This document shows positions 9,349 to 18,255 of a DNA stretch of 18,801 nt, piece after piece. The stretch spans positions 1,222 through 20,022 of the forward strand of contig CAYPLO010000032.1 in NCBI GenBank assembly GCA_964411615.1, read 5' to 3'. Source of the stretch: an uncultured Aquificales bacterium. Lineage in GTDB: Bacteria > Thermosulfidibacterota > Thermosulfidibacteria > Thermosulfidibacterales > Thermosulfidibacteraceae. Position 1 is the stretch's first letter. Each line of letters begins with the position of its first letter. The notes beneath the pieces are model-generated. The model was not told the origin of the DNA and searched no databases. It saw nothing but the letters and a program-made list of their open reading frames with translations. The translations under genes were made by a program, and so were the position numbers.

Positions 9349-9869
9349 CTGTACCTTCTTACTGTGAACCTGTACACCTTCACAGGCTCGCCGGGGGAGA
9401 TACCCGCCTTGGCCATGGCTATGGCCAGCTGCTGCTCAACGGTGTCAACACCTTCAAGGTCTGGAAGAAGGAGCCCCCTTCTCCATCCGGACTCCACAAT
9501 CACACCGTACCTTTTGGGGTCCAGCTGCGATATATCAGACACCGGCTCAGGAGGGGAAAGCACATCCACCGATATGTCAAGCTCCTCAAGCTCCTCCTCC
9601 CTCACAGGGGGAAACCTGGGGTCCTCTGTAGCTGCGGCTATGGCGTTTCTTATAACCTCCTCCGCCACGTTATCGCATACGGGCAGGAATGTTCCTATGC
9701 ATCCCCTCAGCTCTCCGTGCTTCTTAAGGGAGACGAAGGTGCCTGCCCTCTCCCTCATCTCTGGCGTCATCTCCTCAGGAGGCGGTGGAGGTATGACCAC
9801 TCCCCTTCTCACATACTCCTCAATGGCCCTCCTTGCCAGCTTTACAAGGGGATGCTGCTCCCTTCCCAT
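9345..9869 (-). CDS. amrA: AMMECR1-domain protein (AmmeMemoRadiSam system protein A)
   Basis: Signature '[18 protein letters not shown]', plus '[11 protein letters not shown]...ISVDVLS' and '[12 protein letters not shown]'. ATGA overlap with amrS. Confidence 0.93.
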   Translation of the reverse strand: MGREQHPLVKLARRAIEEYVRRGVVIPPPPPEEMTPEMRERAGTFVSLKKHGELRGCIGTFLPVCDNVAEEVIRNAIAAATEDPRFPPVREEELEELDISVDVLSPPEPVSDISQLDPKRYGVIVESGWRRGLLLPDLEGVDTVEQQLAIAMAKAGISPGEPVKVYRFTVRRYR

Positions 9870-10843
9870 CAGTAATCCCTCTCTGCAAGGAATACGGCCA
9901 CCTCCTCTAAGTACTCCCTCTCCTTAGAGGAGGGAAGCCTCCTGATATACTCCACAGCTTTCCTGCCGTGCTCCCTCACCCTGCGCCTGGCCTCCCCTAC
10001 CCCATCGTACTTCACGATAATCTCCCTGACCTGCTCAAAATCTCCCTCATCAAGGCTCTCCTTCAGAAGCATGTCCCTTACAAGCTTTCTCTCCTCCTGT
10101 GTGGCCCTTCTGAGAGCCACTATCAGCGGAAGGGTCACCTTCCCCTCTCTGAAGTCGTTTCCCACAGGCTTACCCGTCCTTCCGGGGTCCCCCACTATAT
10201 CAAGTATATCGTCGGATATCTGGAAAGCGTAGCCCACCTGAACTCCGTACCCCCTCATCGCTTCCCTGTTCCCGTTACCACCAAGGACAGAACCAACCTC
10301 GCAGGCCGCCGATATGAGGGCCGCCGTCTTTCCGTATATTATACGGTAGTAGTCGTCCTCCGTGGTATCTATATCAAAGCTCTTTATAAGCTGGAGAATC
10401 TCCCCCTCTGCCAGAGCCACACAGGCTCTGGACATTATCCCCAGAGCCTCGGCGGGCAGGCTCTCCGTCATGAGCCAGAAGGACCTCGCAAAGAGAAAAT
10501 CCCCAACCAGGATAGAGGCCTGATTACCCCATATCTTCCTTGCGGCTTTACGCCCCCTTCTCATGTCCGATTCGTCAACCACATCGTCATGAAGCAGGGT
10601 GGCGGTGTGAATGTACTCAACAACGGCTCCAGCCACAGCCGCCGCCTCCCCCCTATAGCCACAGGCCCCTGCAGAAAGAAGTGCCAACATGGGTCTGAAC
10701 CGCTTTCCCCCTGCCTCCAGTATGTAGCTTGAAAGCTCCGGTATCACCTTGATGGTGGAGTGGAGGTTCTCCTCCAGTATCTCCTCCACCCTCCTCAGGT
10801 CCCTATCCAGGAAAGAGGCTATCTTTTTGAGCACATTCCCCAT
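9869..10843 (-). CDS. Long-chain polyprenyl diphosphate synthase (IspB/HepT type)
   Basis: 'GGKRFRP', first Asp-rich motif '[17 protein letters not shown]', 'ILVGDFL', 'YGKTAAL', second Asp-rich motif 'FQISDDILD' and '[16 protein letters not shown]'. Small residues (Ala-Thr) upstream of the first motif fit a long-chain product. TGATG overlap with amrA. Confidence 0.93.
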   Translation of the reverse strand: MGNVLKKIASFLDRDLRRVEEILEENLHSTIKVIPELSSYILEAGGKRFRPMLALLSAGACGYRGEAAAVAGAVVEYIHTATLLHDDVVDESDMRRGRKAARKIWGNQASILVGDFLFARSFWLMTESLPAEALGIMSRACVALAEGEILQLIKSFDIDTTEDDYYRIIYGKTAALISAACEVGSVLGGNGNREAMRGYGVQVGYAFQISDDILDIVGDPGRTGKPVGNDFREGKVTLPLIVALRRATQEERKLVRDMLLKESLDEGDFEQVREIIVKYDGVGEARRRVREHGRKAVEYIRRLPSSKEREYLEEVAVFLAERDY

Positions 10844-10893
10844 ATCACTGGCTATCTTTAAAACAAGGGCCTTTTCTTGTAAACAACCTCTCT

Positions 10894-11625
10894 ATGAATT
10901 ACGCTGTGGAGCTTGAAGGGGTAAGCGTTACCCTCTCAGGAGTCAGAGTTCTTGAGGATATCACTCTTAAGATACCTCGGGGAGAGTTCTGGGGCATAAT
11001 AGGCCCCAATGGGGGTGGCAAGACCACCCTACTAAGAACAGTCATAGGAACGGTTAAGCCATTATCAGGGGCTGTCAGGGTCTTCGGCATGTCCCCGAAG
11101 GATGCCGTCAAGGAAGGGCTTATAGGTTATCTGCCCCAGAGGCTAAAGGGAAAAGTTCCCTTCTCCGCCTTTGACCTAATCTCCCTTATAGGAGACTCCA
11201 GCAGGGCGGAAGAGGCCCTTGAGAAGGTGGGAATGCTCCACAAGGCTGATGTTCCCTACCACAGGCTTTCAGGAGGTGAACAGCAGAGGGTTCTGATTGC
11301 CGCCATACTCTCAAGAGAGCCCAAACTGCTGCTTCTTGACGAGCCAAGCACAGGGGTTGATGTGGTGGCCCAGGACAGCTTCTACAATATGCTGAAGAAG
11401 CTGAAGTCGGATGGGGTGACCATCGTCATGGTATCCCACGACATAGGGGTGGTGGCCCAGTTCGTGGACAACGTGGTATGCCTGAACAGGCGGCTAAAAT
11501 ACACCGGAGACCCCAGAGGCGCCCTCAACTGTCATCTCCTTGAAGAACTTTACGGAGACAAGGTGAGCGTATTTGTACACCATCCGGAGTGTGAAGGATG
11601 CCACATATACCAGAGATACTCCTGA
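10894..11625 (+). CDS. Zn/Mn-type metal ABC transporter ATP-binding protein (ZnuC-like)
   Basis: Walker A GPNGGGKT, 'IGYLPQR', LSGGEQQRV, '[12 protein letters not shown]', 'VSHD', 'VVCLNRRL' and a His/Cys-rich tail HHPECEGCH. Confidence 0.9.
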   Translation: MNYAVELEGVSVTLSGVRVLEDITLKIPRGEFWGIIGPNGGGKTTLLRTVIGTVKPLSGAVRVFGMSPKDAVKEGLIGYLPQRLKGKVPFSAFDLISLIGDSSRAEEALEKVGMLHKADVPYHRLSGGEQQRVLIAAILSREPKLLLLDEPSTGVDVVAQDSFYNMLKKLKSDGVTIVMVSHDIGVVAQFVDNVVCLNRRLKYTGDPRGALNCHLLEELYGDKVSVFVHHPECEGCHIYQRYS

Positions 11626-12401
11626 TACCCTTTGTCTGCTCCATCCTGCTGTCGGTGGTGCTGTCCCTATACTCAGTATTCGTGGTTGTGAACAGGTGGG
11701 CCTTTCTGAGTGTGGGGGTATCCCATGCGGCCTTCGGAGGAGTGGCCCTTGGATATCTGCTGGGAGTATCTCCTGAGGTATCTGCCCTTATCTTTGCCCT
11801 TGTTGCAGGCTTCATGATAGCCCTGATGAAGCGAAGGGGGGGCTTCTCAGAGGATGTATCCACAGGGGTTATATTCTCCACCTTTATGGCCCTGGGAGTT
11901 GTTCTGTTCTCCCTGTCTGAAAGGTACATGGGAGATGTGTTCAGCTATCTGTTCGGCAATATGTTGAGTGTGGACTCAAAAGACCTGCTGGTCTCCTCAG
12001 TCCTCTTCACAATCTCTGTGGCCTTCTTCCTGCTCAACAGAAGAGCCCTGTTTCTCAGCATAGTTGATGAGGAACTTGCCCACACATGCGGTGTGAACAC
12101 AGAATTCATATACTACTCTCTGGTCTTCATAACCACCGTTGGAGTCGTGTTATCGATAAAGCTCCTCGGTGTGATACTCGTCTCATCCCTTACGGTTATA
12201 CCCGCCTCAGTGGGCTTTTTCTTCTTCCACAAACTGAGGCATATCATAGCAACATCAATAGTGTCGGGCATCCTGATAGTGATTACAGGTATGGCCGTAT
12301 CCTATTACACCGACATGCCACCTGGGGCCACAACCGCCCTTGTGGGAGGCGCCTGCTTCTTCCTGGCCCTGATTCTCAAAAGAACGGAAAACGCACAGTA
12401 G
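11598..12401 (+). CDS. Zn/Mn-type metal ABC transporter permease (ZnuB-like, ABC-3)
   Basis: '[17 protein letters not shown]', '[10 protein letters not shown]', 'YLFGNML', '[10 protein letters not shown]', '[17 protein letters not shown]' and 'DMPPGAT'. Confidence 0.92.
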   Translation: MPHIPEILLIPFVCSILLSVVLSLYSVFVVVNRWAFLSVGVSHAAFGGVALGYLLGVSPEVSALIFALVAGFMIALMKRRGGFSEDVSTGVIFSTFMALGVVLFSLSERYMGDVFSYLFGNMLSVDSKDLLVSSVLFTISVAFFLLNRRALFLSIVDEELAHTCGVNTEFIYYSLVFITTVGVVLSIKLLGVILVSSLTVIPASVGFFFFHKLRHIIATSIVSGILIVITGMAVSYYTDMPPGATTALVGGACFFLALILKRTENAQ

Positions 12402-12403
12402 AA

Positions 12404-12433
12404 GGAGGCGGGGCTTAAAGCCCCACCACCTCC
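12404..12433. terminator. GC-rich hairpin between the convergent znuB-like and katG genes, possible bidirectional terminator
   Basis: Core GGGGCT-TAA-AGCCCC (12410-12424) sits within flanking GGAGG...CCTCC arms and fills the 38-nt gap. There is no U-tract on either strand. Confidence 0.5.
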
Positions 12434-12439
12434 AGGAAT

Positions 12440-14614
12440 TCAAACACCAAATCGCAGGTCAAACCTGTCCAGATTCATCACCTTGTTCCATGCGTCTACA
12501 AAATCGTGTATAAATTTATCCACACCATCATCGGAAGCGTAAACTTCGCAAACAGCCCTCAACTCCCCATGGTGTCCAAATATCAGGTCCACTCTTGTTG
12601 CCATCCACTTGTCTGCCCCTGTCTTTCTACATCTGCCCCTGAAGGTATAGTTGTACTCATCGGCAGGCTCCCACTCCACACCCATATCCAGCAGGTTCAC
12701 GAAGAAGTCGTTGGACAGAATACCCACCCTGTCTGTAAGAACTCCGTACCTTTCATATCTGTAAGTTGCTCCAAGCACCCTCATGCCCCCTACAAGGGCC
12801 ACCATTTCAGGGACTGTCAAGGTGAGAAGCTGTGCTTTATCAACAAGCCAGTACTCCGCAGGCCAGAACCTCTGAGCCGCTTTTGAGGGATACTTAAAGT
12901 AGTTTCTAAATCCATCAGCGAAGGGCTCTATCCTCTCATAGAATTCCTTATCAATCTGCTCCTCACGGGCATCAACCCTGCCAGGTACAAACGGAACCGA
13001 CACATCAAACCCTGCTCTTCTCAGAGATTCTTCAATAGCAGCACAGCCTCCCAATACTATGAGGTCTGCAACAGTAACTCTTTTGTTATCTGACCTCCTG
13101 TTAAACTCATCTTTTATACGCTCGTATACCGCTATAACCTGCTTGAGCTCATCAGGATGGTTCACCTCCCATTGGCTAAGAGGAGCAAATCTTATCCTTG
13201 CCCCGTTGGCACCTCCCTTTCTATCGGACTCTCTATAGGTGGCAGCAGAAGACCATGCAGTGTAAACGAGAGTAGATACAGAAAAACCAGAGGAAAGGAT
13301 TTTTTCTTTAAGGTCTCTTACATCCTCTTCGTCTATCACTTCAAAGTCTTTAGGTGGCAGGGGGTCTTGCCACACAAAGGTCTCCTCAGGCACTTCCGGT
13401 CCGAAGTAGCAGGAAGGAGGGCCCATGTCCCTGTGTATAAGCTTGAACCAAGCACGGGCAAAAGCCCTTTCAAACTCCTCCGGATTCTCAAGGAAGCGTT
13501 TGGCTATCTTTGCATAGTTCTGGTCAAATCTTAAAGCAAGGTCAGCGGTTAGCATCATGGGAGGATGTTTCTTCTCGGGGTCGTAAGCATCAGGAATTAT
13601 TTCGGGAGCCCCCTTTGCAACCCACTGGTATTTCCCGGCAGGACTTTTAGTAAGCTCCCACTCGTAGTTGAAAAGAAACTGTAGGTAAGCGATACCGAAT
13701 TTAGTGGGAGTTGTGGACCAGGTCAGCTCAAAACCAGAGGTGAAGGTATCAGGACCCTTACCTGTTTTATAGCTATTCTTCCATCCCAGTCCTTGTTGCT
13801 CAACAGGAGAAGAATCAGGGTCGGGCCCCACGTACCTATCAGGACAGGCCCCATGACATTTACCAAAGGCATGCCCTCCTGCTATAAGGGCAACCGTCTC
13901 CTCATCGTTCATACCCATCCTTGAGAAGGCTTCCCTTATCTGCTTTGCAGAAGCCACAGGGTCTGGATTGCCTTCTGGCCCTTCAGGATTTACATATATA
14001 AGCCCCATCTCAGTAGCGGCAAAGGGCCTTTCAAGCTCCCCGCTCTTGTAGCGCTCCTTACCCGAAAGCATCTCCTCTTCTGGACCCCAATCTGGACTCT
14101 CATCAGGCTCCCATATATCTTCCCTTCCTCCTCCGAAACCTAAGGTTTTCACCCCCATAACTTCCAAGGCCACATTACCAGCAAGTACTATCAGATCGGC
14201 CCACGAAATCTTCCTTCCATACTTCTTCTTCACAGGCCAGAGAAGCCGAATGGCCTTATCAAGATTCATGTTATCAGGCCAGTTATAGCGTGGGGCAAGC
14301 CTTATATCTCCACTTCTTGCTCCACCTCTCCCGTCAAAAATCCTGTAACTTCCAGCACTGTGCCAAGCAAGACGCACAAAAAGCGGACCGTAATGTCCAA
14401 AATCTGCCGGCCACCAGTCCTTGGATTCTGTCATAATCTTTTTGAGATCCTCTTTTACCTCTTTAAGGTCAAGCTTTTGAAACTCCTTGATGTAGTTGTA
14501 GTCAGGACCATAGGGATTTGTGTGATGAGGGCAGTTCTGCCTGAGAACCTTGAGATTCAGCCTGTGTGGCCACCAGTCAGTAACCCACCTCCTCCTACTC
14601 TCCCTTGAACTCAT
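12440..14614 (-). CDS. katG: Catalase-peroxidase
   Basis: '[26 protein letters not shown]' (distal Arg/Trp/His), '[10 protein letters not shown]' (adduct Tyr), '[24 protein letters not shown]' (adduct Met and proximal His), a duplicated C-terminal domain and the ending '[10 protein letters not shown]'. AGGAGG RBS upstream. Confidence 0.98.
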   Translation of the reverse strand: MSSRESRRRWVTDWWPHRLNLKVLRQNCPHHTNPYGPDYNYIKEFQKLDLKEVKEDLKKIMTESKDWWPADFGHYGPLFVRLAWHSAGSYRIFDGRGGARSGDIRLAPRYNWPDNMNLDKAIRLLWPVKKKYGRKISWADLIVLAGNVALEVMGVKTLGFGGGREDIWEPDESPDWGPEEEMLSGKERYKSGELERPFAATEMGLIYVNPEGPEGNPDPVASAKQIREAFSRMGMNDEETVALIAGGHAFGKCHGACPDRYVGPDPDSSPVEQQGLGWKNSYKTGKGPDTFTSGFELTWSTTPTKFGIAYLQFLFNYEWELTKSPAGKYQWVAKGAPEIIPDAYDPEKKHPPMMLTADLALRFDQNYAKIAKRFLENPEEFERAFARAWFKLIHRDMGPPSCYFGPEVPEETFVWQDPLPPKDFEVIDEEDVRDLKEKILSSGFSVSTLVYTAWSSAATYRESDRKGGANGARIRFAPLSQWEVNHPDELKQVIAVYERIKDEFNRRSDNKRVTVADLIVLGGCAAIEESLRRAGFDVSVPFVPGRVDAREEQIDKEFYERIEPFADGFRNYFKYPSKAAQRFWPAEYWLVDKAQLLTLTVPEMVALVGGMRVLGATYRYERYGVLTDRVGILSNDFFVNLLDMGVEWEPADEYNYTFRGRCRKTGADKWMATRVDLIFGHHGELRAVCEVYASDDGVDKFIHDFVDAWNKVMNLDRFDLRFGV

Positions 14615-14643
14615 AGCTACCTCCTGAAATGAATTTTACATTG

Positions 14644-14672
14644 AAAATAATACAATACTAAAGAAATGTCAA
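14644..14672 (-). promoter_or_regulatory. Putative sigma70 promoter of katG
   Basis: On the - strand: TTGACA (14672-14667), a 17-nt spacer, then TATTTT (14649-14644), within an AT-rich intergenic region. AGGAGG RBS at 14625-14620. Confidence 0.65.
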
Positions 14673-14682
14673 TCCAAAACAT

Positions 14683-14707
14683 AAAAAGGCGTTCTGCTAA
14701 AGAACCC
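14683..14707 (-). terminator. Putative intrinsic terminator of the ttuB-arnT operon
   Basis: The - strand reads GG-GTTCT-TTAGC-AGAAC-G-CC followed by TTTTTATGTTTT. It lies about 50 nt after the arnT-like stop and just upstream of the katG -35 element. Confidence 0.55.
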
Positions 14708-14757
14708 TGGGAAGTCTGAGCAGATGCCACAGGAAGCTGCATAAACGCTCTACGATG

Positions 14758-16062
14758 TTAATCGCAGTTAAGCATAACGGCTAAATAAAGGCCACTTGAA
14801 AGCTTGTGCTCAATTTCACATCTTGTGTGCTTCATAAGCTTTCCCAGCTTCTTCTTTCTCAGAACCACCCAGGCTCTGCCATCTATCCAGGGGAGTTCCT
14901 CCTTTTTTAGCCTCACGGCGATGCTATCTGTGTAAAGGGATGCGCCGTATATCTTGTCATCCAGTGTGTATACCGGTATAGGGCCGAAGTGCTTTATTCT
15001 GCTGCCTATATCCCTCAGAGAGCGGGCGCTAAGATATTGAGGCATTATAAAAAGCACAGCTACTGCGTATGTGGCCAGAAGAATAACGGCCAGCTTTTTA
15101 GGAATTGACCTCATCCCCAACCCCATAATTATGGCCCAGGCGGGAAATACAGGTAGTATGTAGTGTGGAAGCTTGGATTTGGAAAAGCTGAAAAAGACAG
15201 TGGGAAGAAGTATCCAGCCTACAAACAAGTACCTGTCCTCATCAAGATTAAGCAGACTATCTAGCGCCTTAGTAATGTAGAATACCCATGGGAAAAGACC
15301 AATAACCGTGACTGCGAAAAAATAATAGAAGGGCTTGTCCCTGTGGAATATGGGGGTTGTATACCTGAGAACATTCTCCTTCCAGAAGAAGTTGTAGCAG
15401 TATCCCGGACTCTTCATCTCAAGAAGAAGGAACACAGGAAGGGAGATGATAATAGACACAAGCACAACGGAAGCCACAGAAAAAATCCTGCTCCTATCCT
15501 TAGCCAGGACCCATGGGATTAGAGCGGATAGAAAAAACAGAAAGGCCACAGGCCCTTTGGTTATGAAGGCCAAGGCGCAGAACAGTGAAGAGATGACCAG
15601 GTACATCCGTCTATCCCGGGTTATTCCCAGCCAGGTGAAGAATATAGCCAGGGTGCAGAGCAGGGTTAAGAGCATCTCCATCCGTCCCACCCTGGCATAA
15701 AAGAAGACAAGGGGGAAGGAGGAGAAGAGTAGAGCAGCAGCGTCTCCAGCTCCAGCCAGCATATATCCCCATACATACACGAGAAACACCAGCAGAGTGG
15801 CGGACAGGGCGGAGATTGCCCTTACAGAGAACTCAATGCTGTTATGATTCCTGTAAATCAGGCCAGCCAACCAGTAGAAAAGGGGAGGCTTTTGGTATCT
15901 TACCTTACCTAAGCAAGTTGGAGGAACCCAGTTGCCGAGTCTTACCTCCTCCCTCACTATCTCGCCGTTTCTGGCCTCATCGGGCTCTGCAAGGGGATAG
16001 GACCCTATCCCTATCCAGAAGAGCAGGACGAAGGCGAGAGCAAAACAGAGGGGCCTGTTCAT
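14758..16062 (-). CDS. ArnT/PMT-like (GT83/GT39, GT-C fold) membrane glycosyltransferase
   Basis: '[13 protein letters not shown]', 'KPPLFYWL', '[10 protein letters not shown]', 'ALAFITKGP', 'KPFYYF' and '[19 protein letters not shown]', with multiple TM segments. Donor and acceptor are unknown. Confidence 0.88.
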   Translation of the reverse strand: MNRPLCFALAFVLLFWIGIGSYPLAEPDEARNGEIVREEVRLGNWVPPTCLGKVRYQKPPLFYWLAGLIYRNHNSIEFSVRAISALSATLLVFLVYVWGYMLAGAGDAAALLFSSFPLVFFYARVGRMEMLLTLLCTLAIFFTWLGITRDRRMYLVISSLFCALAFITKGPVAFLFFLSALIPWVLAKDRSRIFSVASVVLVSIIISLPVFLLLEMKSPGYCYNFFWKENVLRYTTPIFHRDKPFYYFFAVTVIGLFPWVFYITKALDSLLNLDEDRYLFVGWILLPTVFFSFSKSKLPHYILPVFPAWAIIMGLGMRSIPKKLAVILLATYAVAVLFIMPQYLSARSLRDIGSRIKHFGPIPVYTLDDKIYGASLYTDSIAVRLKKEELPWIDGRAWVVLRKKKLGKLMKHTRCEIEHKLSSGLYLAVMLNCD

Positions 16063-16385
16063 GCTTCAAAGGACTCGTTGAGACTCACGATTCTCTTCAA
16101 CACTATGAAGTCTTCAAGGGGAATCTCCTTGAACTCAACGGCGAACCCCCTGTCTTCCCTCCTCACCACCTCCGCCCGCAGTTTAACCTCCTCCAGAACC
16201 CTGTCGGCTTCCATAAGGAAGAGCTCAAGCTCACAAGTAGAGCCCAGCGGGGGCTTCTTCTCGCTCTCAAGAAATGCCCCCTTAACACTCAAATCCCTGG
16301 TGTATAAGTTGTCCAGAACTACATCCTTCGTTCTCACCCTCGCCTTAACCACAAGCTTGACCCTTTTGAATCTCCTTCTCTCCAT
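16059..16385 (-). CDS. Single-domain PilZ protein (putative c-di-GMP receptor)
   Basis: N-terminal RxxxR ('ERRRFKRV'), DxSxxG ('[10 protein letters not shown]') and '[15 protein letters not shown]'; 108 aa. Confidence 0.9.
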   Translation of the reverse strand: MERRRFKRVKLVVKARVRTKDVVLDNLYTRDLSVKGAFLESEKKPPLGSTCELELFLMEADRVLEEVKLRAEVVRREDRGFAVEFKEIPLEDFIVLKRIVSLNESFEA

Positions 16386-16387
16386 GG

Positions 16388-17173
16388 CTACACCCTCTTG
16401 TACACAATAACTCTATCCACAATCTCCCTCTGATAGGGTACCACGAGCCCTATAAGCGTCTCCGTCTTTGATATAAATAGATAGCCCCCCTGCTTGTGTA
16501 TTCTGGCTATGTTGTTAAGGGCCTCGGCACGCTTCTTTGTATCAAAATATATAAGGAGATTTCTGCAAAATACAAAGTCAAACATACCCAACTTTCTCAA
16601 AAAGTCCATATCAAACACATTTCCCACATGATAACGAACAGCGTATTTGATGTTATCCTTTATTTTGAAGGCACCGTTTACCGGAGCAAAGTACTTGTTG
16701 AGCAGATTGCCCGGAACCCTGCTCACTGACCTGCGGGAGTATATACCGGACTGGGCCATCTCTATGGCCCTCTTGTCCACATCAACTCCTATAATATCAA
16801 AGCGGGTGAGGCTGCCGAAGTGCTCAAGCAGTGTTATGGCGATGCTGAGAGGCTCCTCCCCTGTGGAGCAGGGCAGGCTCAGTATCCTCACCTTTCCCGG
16901 TCCCCTCTTTGATACAAGCTTGACAAGAACATCAAGGTGCTCCTTCTCACGGAAGAAATAGGTCTCATTGACGGTTATGACAGAGACGAACTCTTCAAAG
17001 AATTTTCTGTCCTTCAGGCGTCTCAGCAGCTCTTCCTCGCTTAGCCTGTTTCTCAGCAGAAACATCTCAACCTTGGAAGACAGAAGCCTTGATGAGGACC
17101 TGTCCACCACTATACCGAGCTCGTGGTATATAAGGTCAGCCACCTTCCTAAGGGTAGATTCACTTACGGGCAT
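16388..17173 (-). CDS. cheR: CheR-type protein-glutamate O-methyltransferase
   Basis: '[11 protein letters not shown]', '[16 protein letters not shown]', 'IIGVDVD...AQSGIY', '[14 protein letters not shown]' and '[12 protein letters not shown]'. Confidence 0.92.
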   Translation of the reverse strand: MPVSESTLRKVADLIYHELGIVVDRSSSRLLSSKVEMFLLRNRLSEEELLRRLKDRKFFEEFVSVITVNETYFFREKEHLDVLVKLVSKRGPGKVRILSLPCSTGEEPLSIAITLLEHFGSLTRFDIIGVDVDKRAIEMAQSGIYSRRSVSRVPGNLLNKYFAPVNGAFKIKDNIKYAVRYHVGNVFDMDFLRKLGMFDFVFCRNLLIYFDTKKRAEALNNIARIHKQGGYLFISKTETLIGLVVPYQREIVDRVIVYKRV

Positions 17174-17363
17174 TCTTCACCTTCCACTTCTCCAGCTTGC
17201 CAAGTAGACTTTTAGCCCAGCGGAACCTCTTAGACAATAAGAGAAGGGCAAGGACCAGGAAAGGAATACCGGGCATTACGGGCAAGATGACTCCGAGAAT
17301 CCCCAAAAAGGCCAGAAAGAGGGCAGTTACAAGAAGAAGGGCATCTTCAGTCAGTCTCTTCAA
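17160..17363 (-). CDS. Small membrane protein, DUF454/YbaN- or PGPGW-like
   Basis: 67 aa with a helical hairpin motif '[24 protein letters not shown]' and a basic amphipathic tail. It overlaps both neighbours (17 and 14 nt) and exactly fills the gap. TTG start. Confidence 0.75.
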   Translation of the reverse strand: MKRLTEDALLLVTALFLAFLGILGVILPVMPGIPFLVLALLLLSKRFRWAKSLLGKLEKWKVKNARK

Positions 17364-18255
17364 CCATCCTGTCCCTTAACCTACAGAAGGCACACGGGGG
17401 ATACGTGGTGGGGTATCCGCACTCTGGACATTCAACCAGTTCCACATCCTCTTCAGCGCCAAAGAACCTCTCCCTGTTCTTCACAAACTCCCTGTAAAAT
17501 CGGATTTTGGTGCCTGGAGACTTAAACTCTATCATGTTGAGGGCCCTTTTGTAGGTTAGGGTAGTGGCCCCCTTGGAGTAGGGACACTCGTCCCTCAAAA
17601 AATCTATTCCATCAATCAGGGCATAGGCCCCGGTCTCCCTCTCCGTAAGTTCACACAGCGGCTTAACCTTCTTCACAAGCTTACCCTTGGCCTCAAGCAC
17701 AGGTCCCTGTCTTGAAAGGTATCCGCCCTTCCAATTCAGAAGATTTGAAAGGAGGACCGCCACCTCATCGTTGAGGTTGTGCCCTGTGGCAAGCACAGAG
17801 TATCCTTCTTCGTGGGCAACCCTGTTCATTATGTACCTTTTTACAAGGCCACAAGCAGCACATACGGTTCTGGTTTCTTTCCTCTTAACATCGTCTATAG
17901 TAAACCCGTACTCTTCTTTTAGAGAAACTATCTTCAGTTCGTATCCCTTCTTATCGGCAAATCTTTCCACAACTCTTTTAGCCTTTTCCATCTGGTCATT
18001 CTCAGTTATTCCAAGGTCTATGAACAGCCCTGTTACATTGTAGCCGAGTCGGTTGAGTATATCCCACAACACAAGGCTGTCTTTACCACCGGACACTGCC
18101 ACAAGCACCCTGTCAGTTTTATCGAACATCCCGTATCTCTTTATAGCCTCCCTCACCCTCCGTATGCAGAAATCAACCAGATGCACTTTACAGAGGGCTA
18201 TACCGAAGGACCTGACCTTTATAACGGCATCGGATTTACAGAGCCTACACCTCAT
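17347..18255 (-). CDS. ttuA: tRNA 2-thiouridine synthesis enzyme, TtuA/Ncs6 type (TIGR00269-like)
   Basis: N-terminal zinc finger CRLC...CKVH, PP-loop 'AVSGGKDS', Fe-S ligands CAAC and 'CPY', 'ATGHNLND', and C-terminal zinc finger CPEC...CAFC. Adjacent to a ubiquitin-like carrier gene. Confidence 0.9.
   Translation of the reverse strand: MRCRLCKSDAVIKVRSFGIALCKVHLVDFCIRRVREAIKRYGMFDKTDRVLVAVSGGKDSLVLWDILNRLGYNVTGLFIDLGITENDQMEKAKRVVERFADKKGYELKIVSLKEEYGFTIDDVKRKETRTVCAACGLVKRYIMNRVAHEEGYSVLATGHNLNDEVAVLLSNLLNWKGGYLSRQGPVLEAKGKLVKKVKPLCELTERETGAYALIDGIDFLRDECPYSKGATTLTYKRALNMIEFKSPGTKIRFYREFVKNRERFFGAEEDVELVECPECGYPTTYPPCAFCRLRDRMVEETD

Noticed and set aside
8875..9927. 350-aa + strand ORF
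   Set aside because: Antisense shadow of amrS/amrA. Its Ser/Pro-rich runs are the reverse complement of Glu/Gly/Arg codons, and it has no recognisable motifs.
9968..10732. 254-aa + strand ORF and the many other short overlapping ORFs in the track
   Set aside because: They are fully nested in, or antisense to, well-supported genes and show no motifs or RBS support.
12404..12433. Hairpin as a possible IS200/IS605 end or REP element
   Set aside because: It is a single copy in the window with no transposase or tnpB remnant. Its position between convergent genes is explained more simply by termination.
14620..14757. In-frame open stretch after the arnT-like TAA stop (read-through or small ORF)
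   Set aside because: It crosses the terminator and the katG promoter and has no protein-like features. TAA is not a recoding codon.
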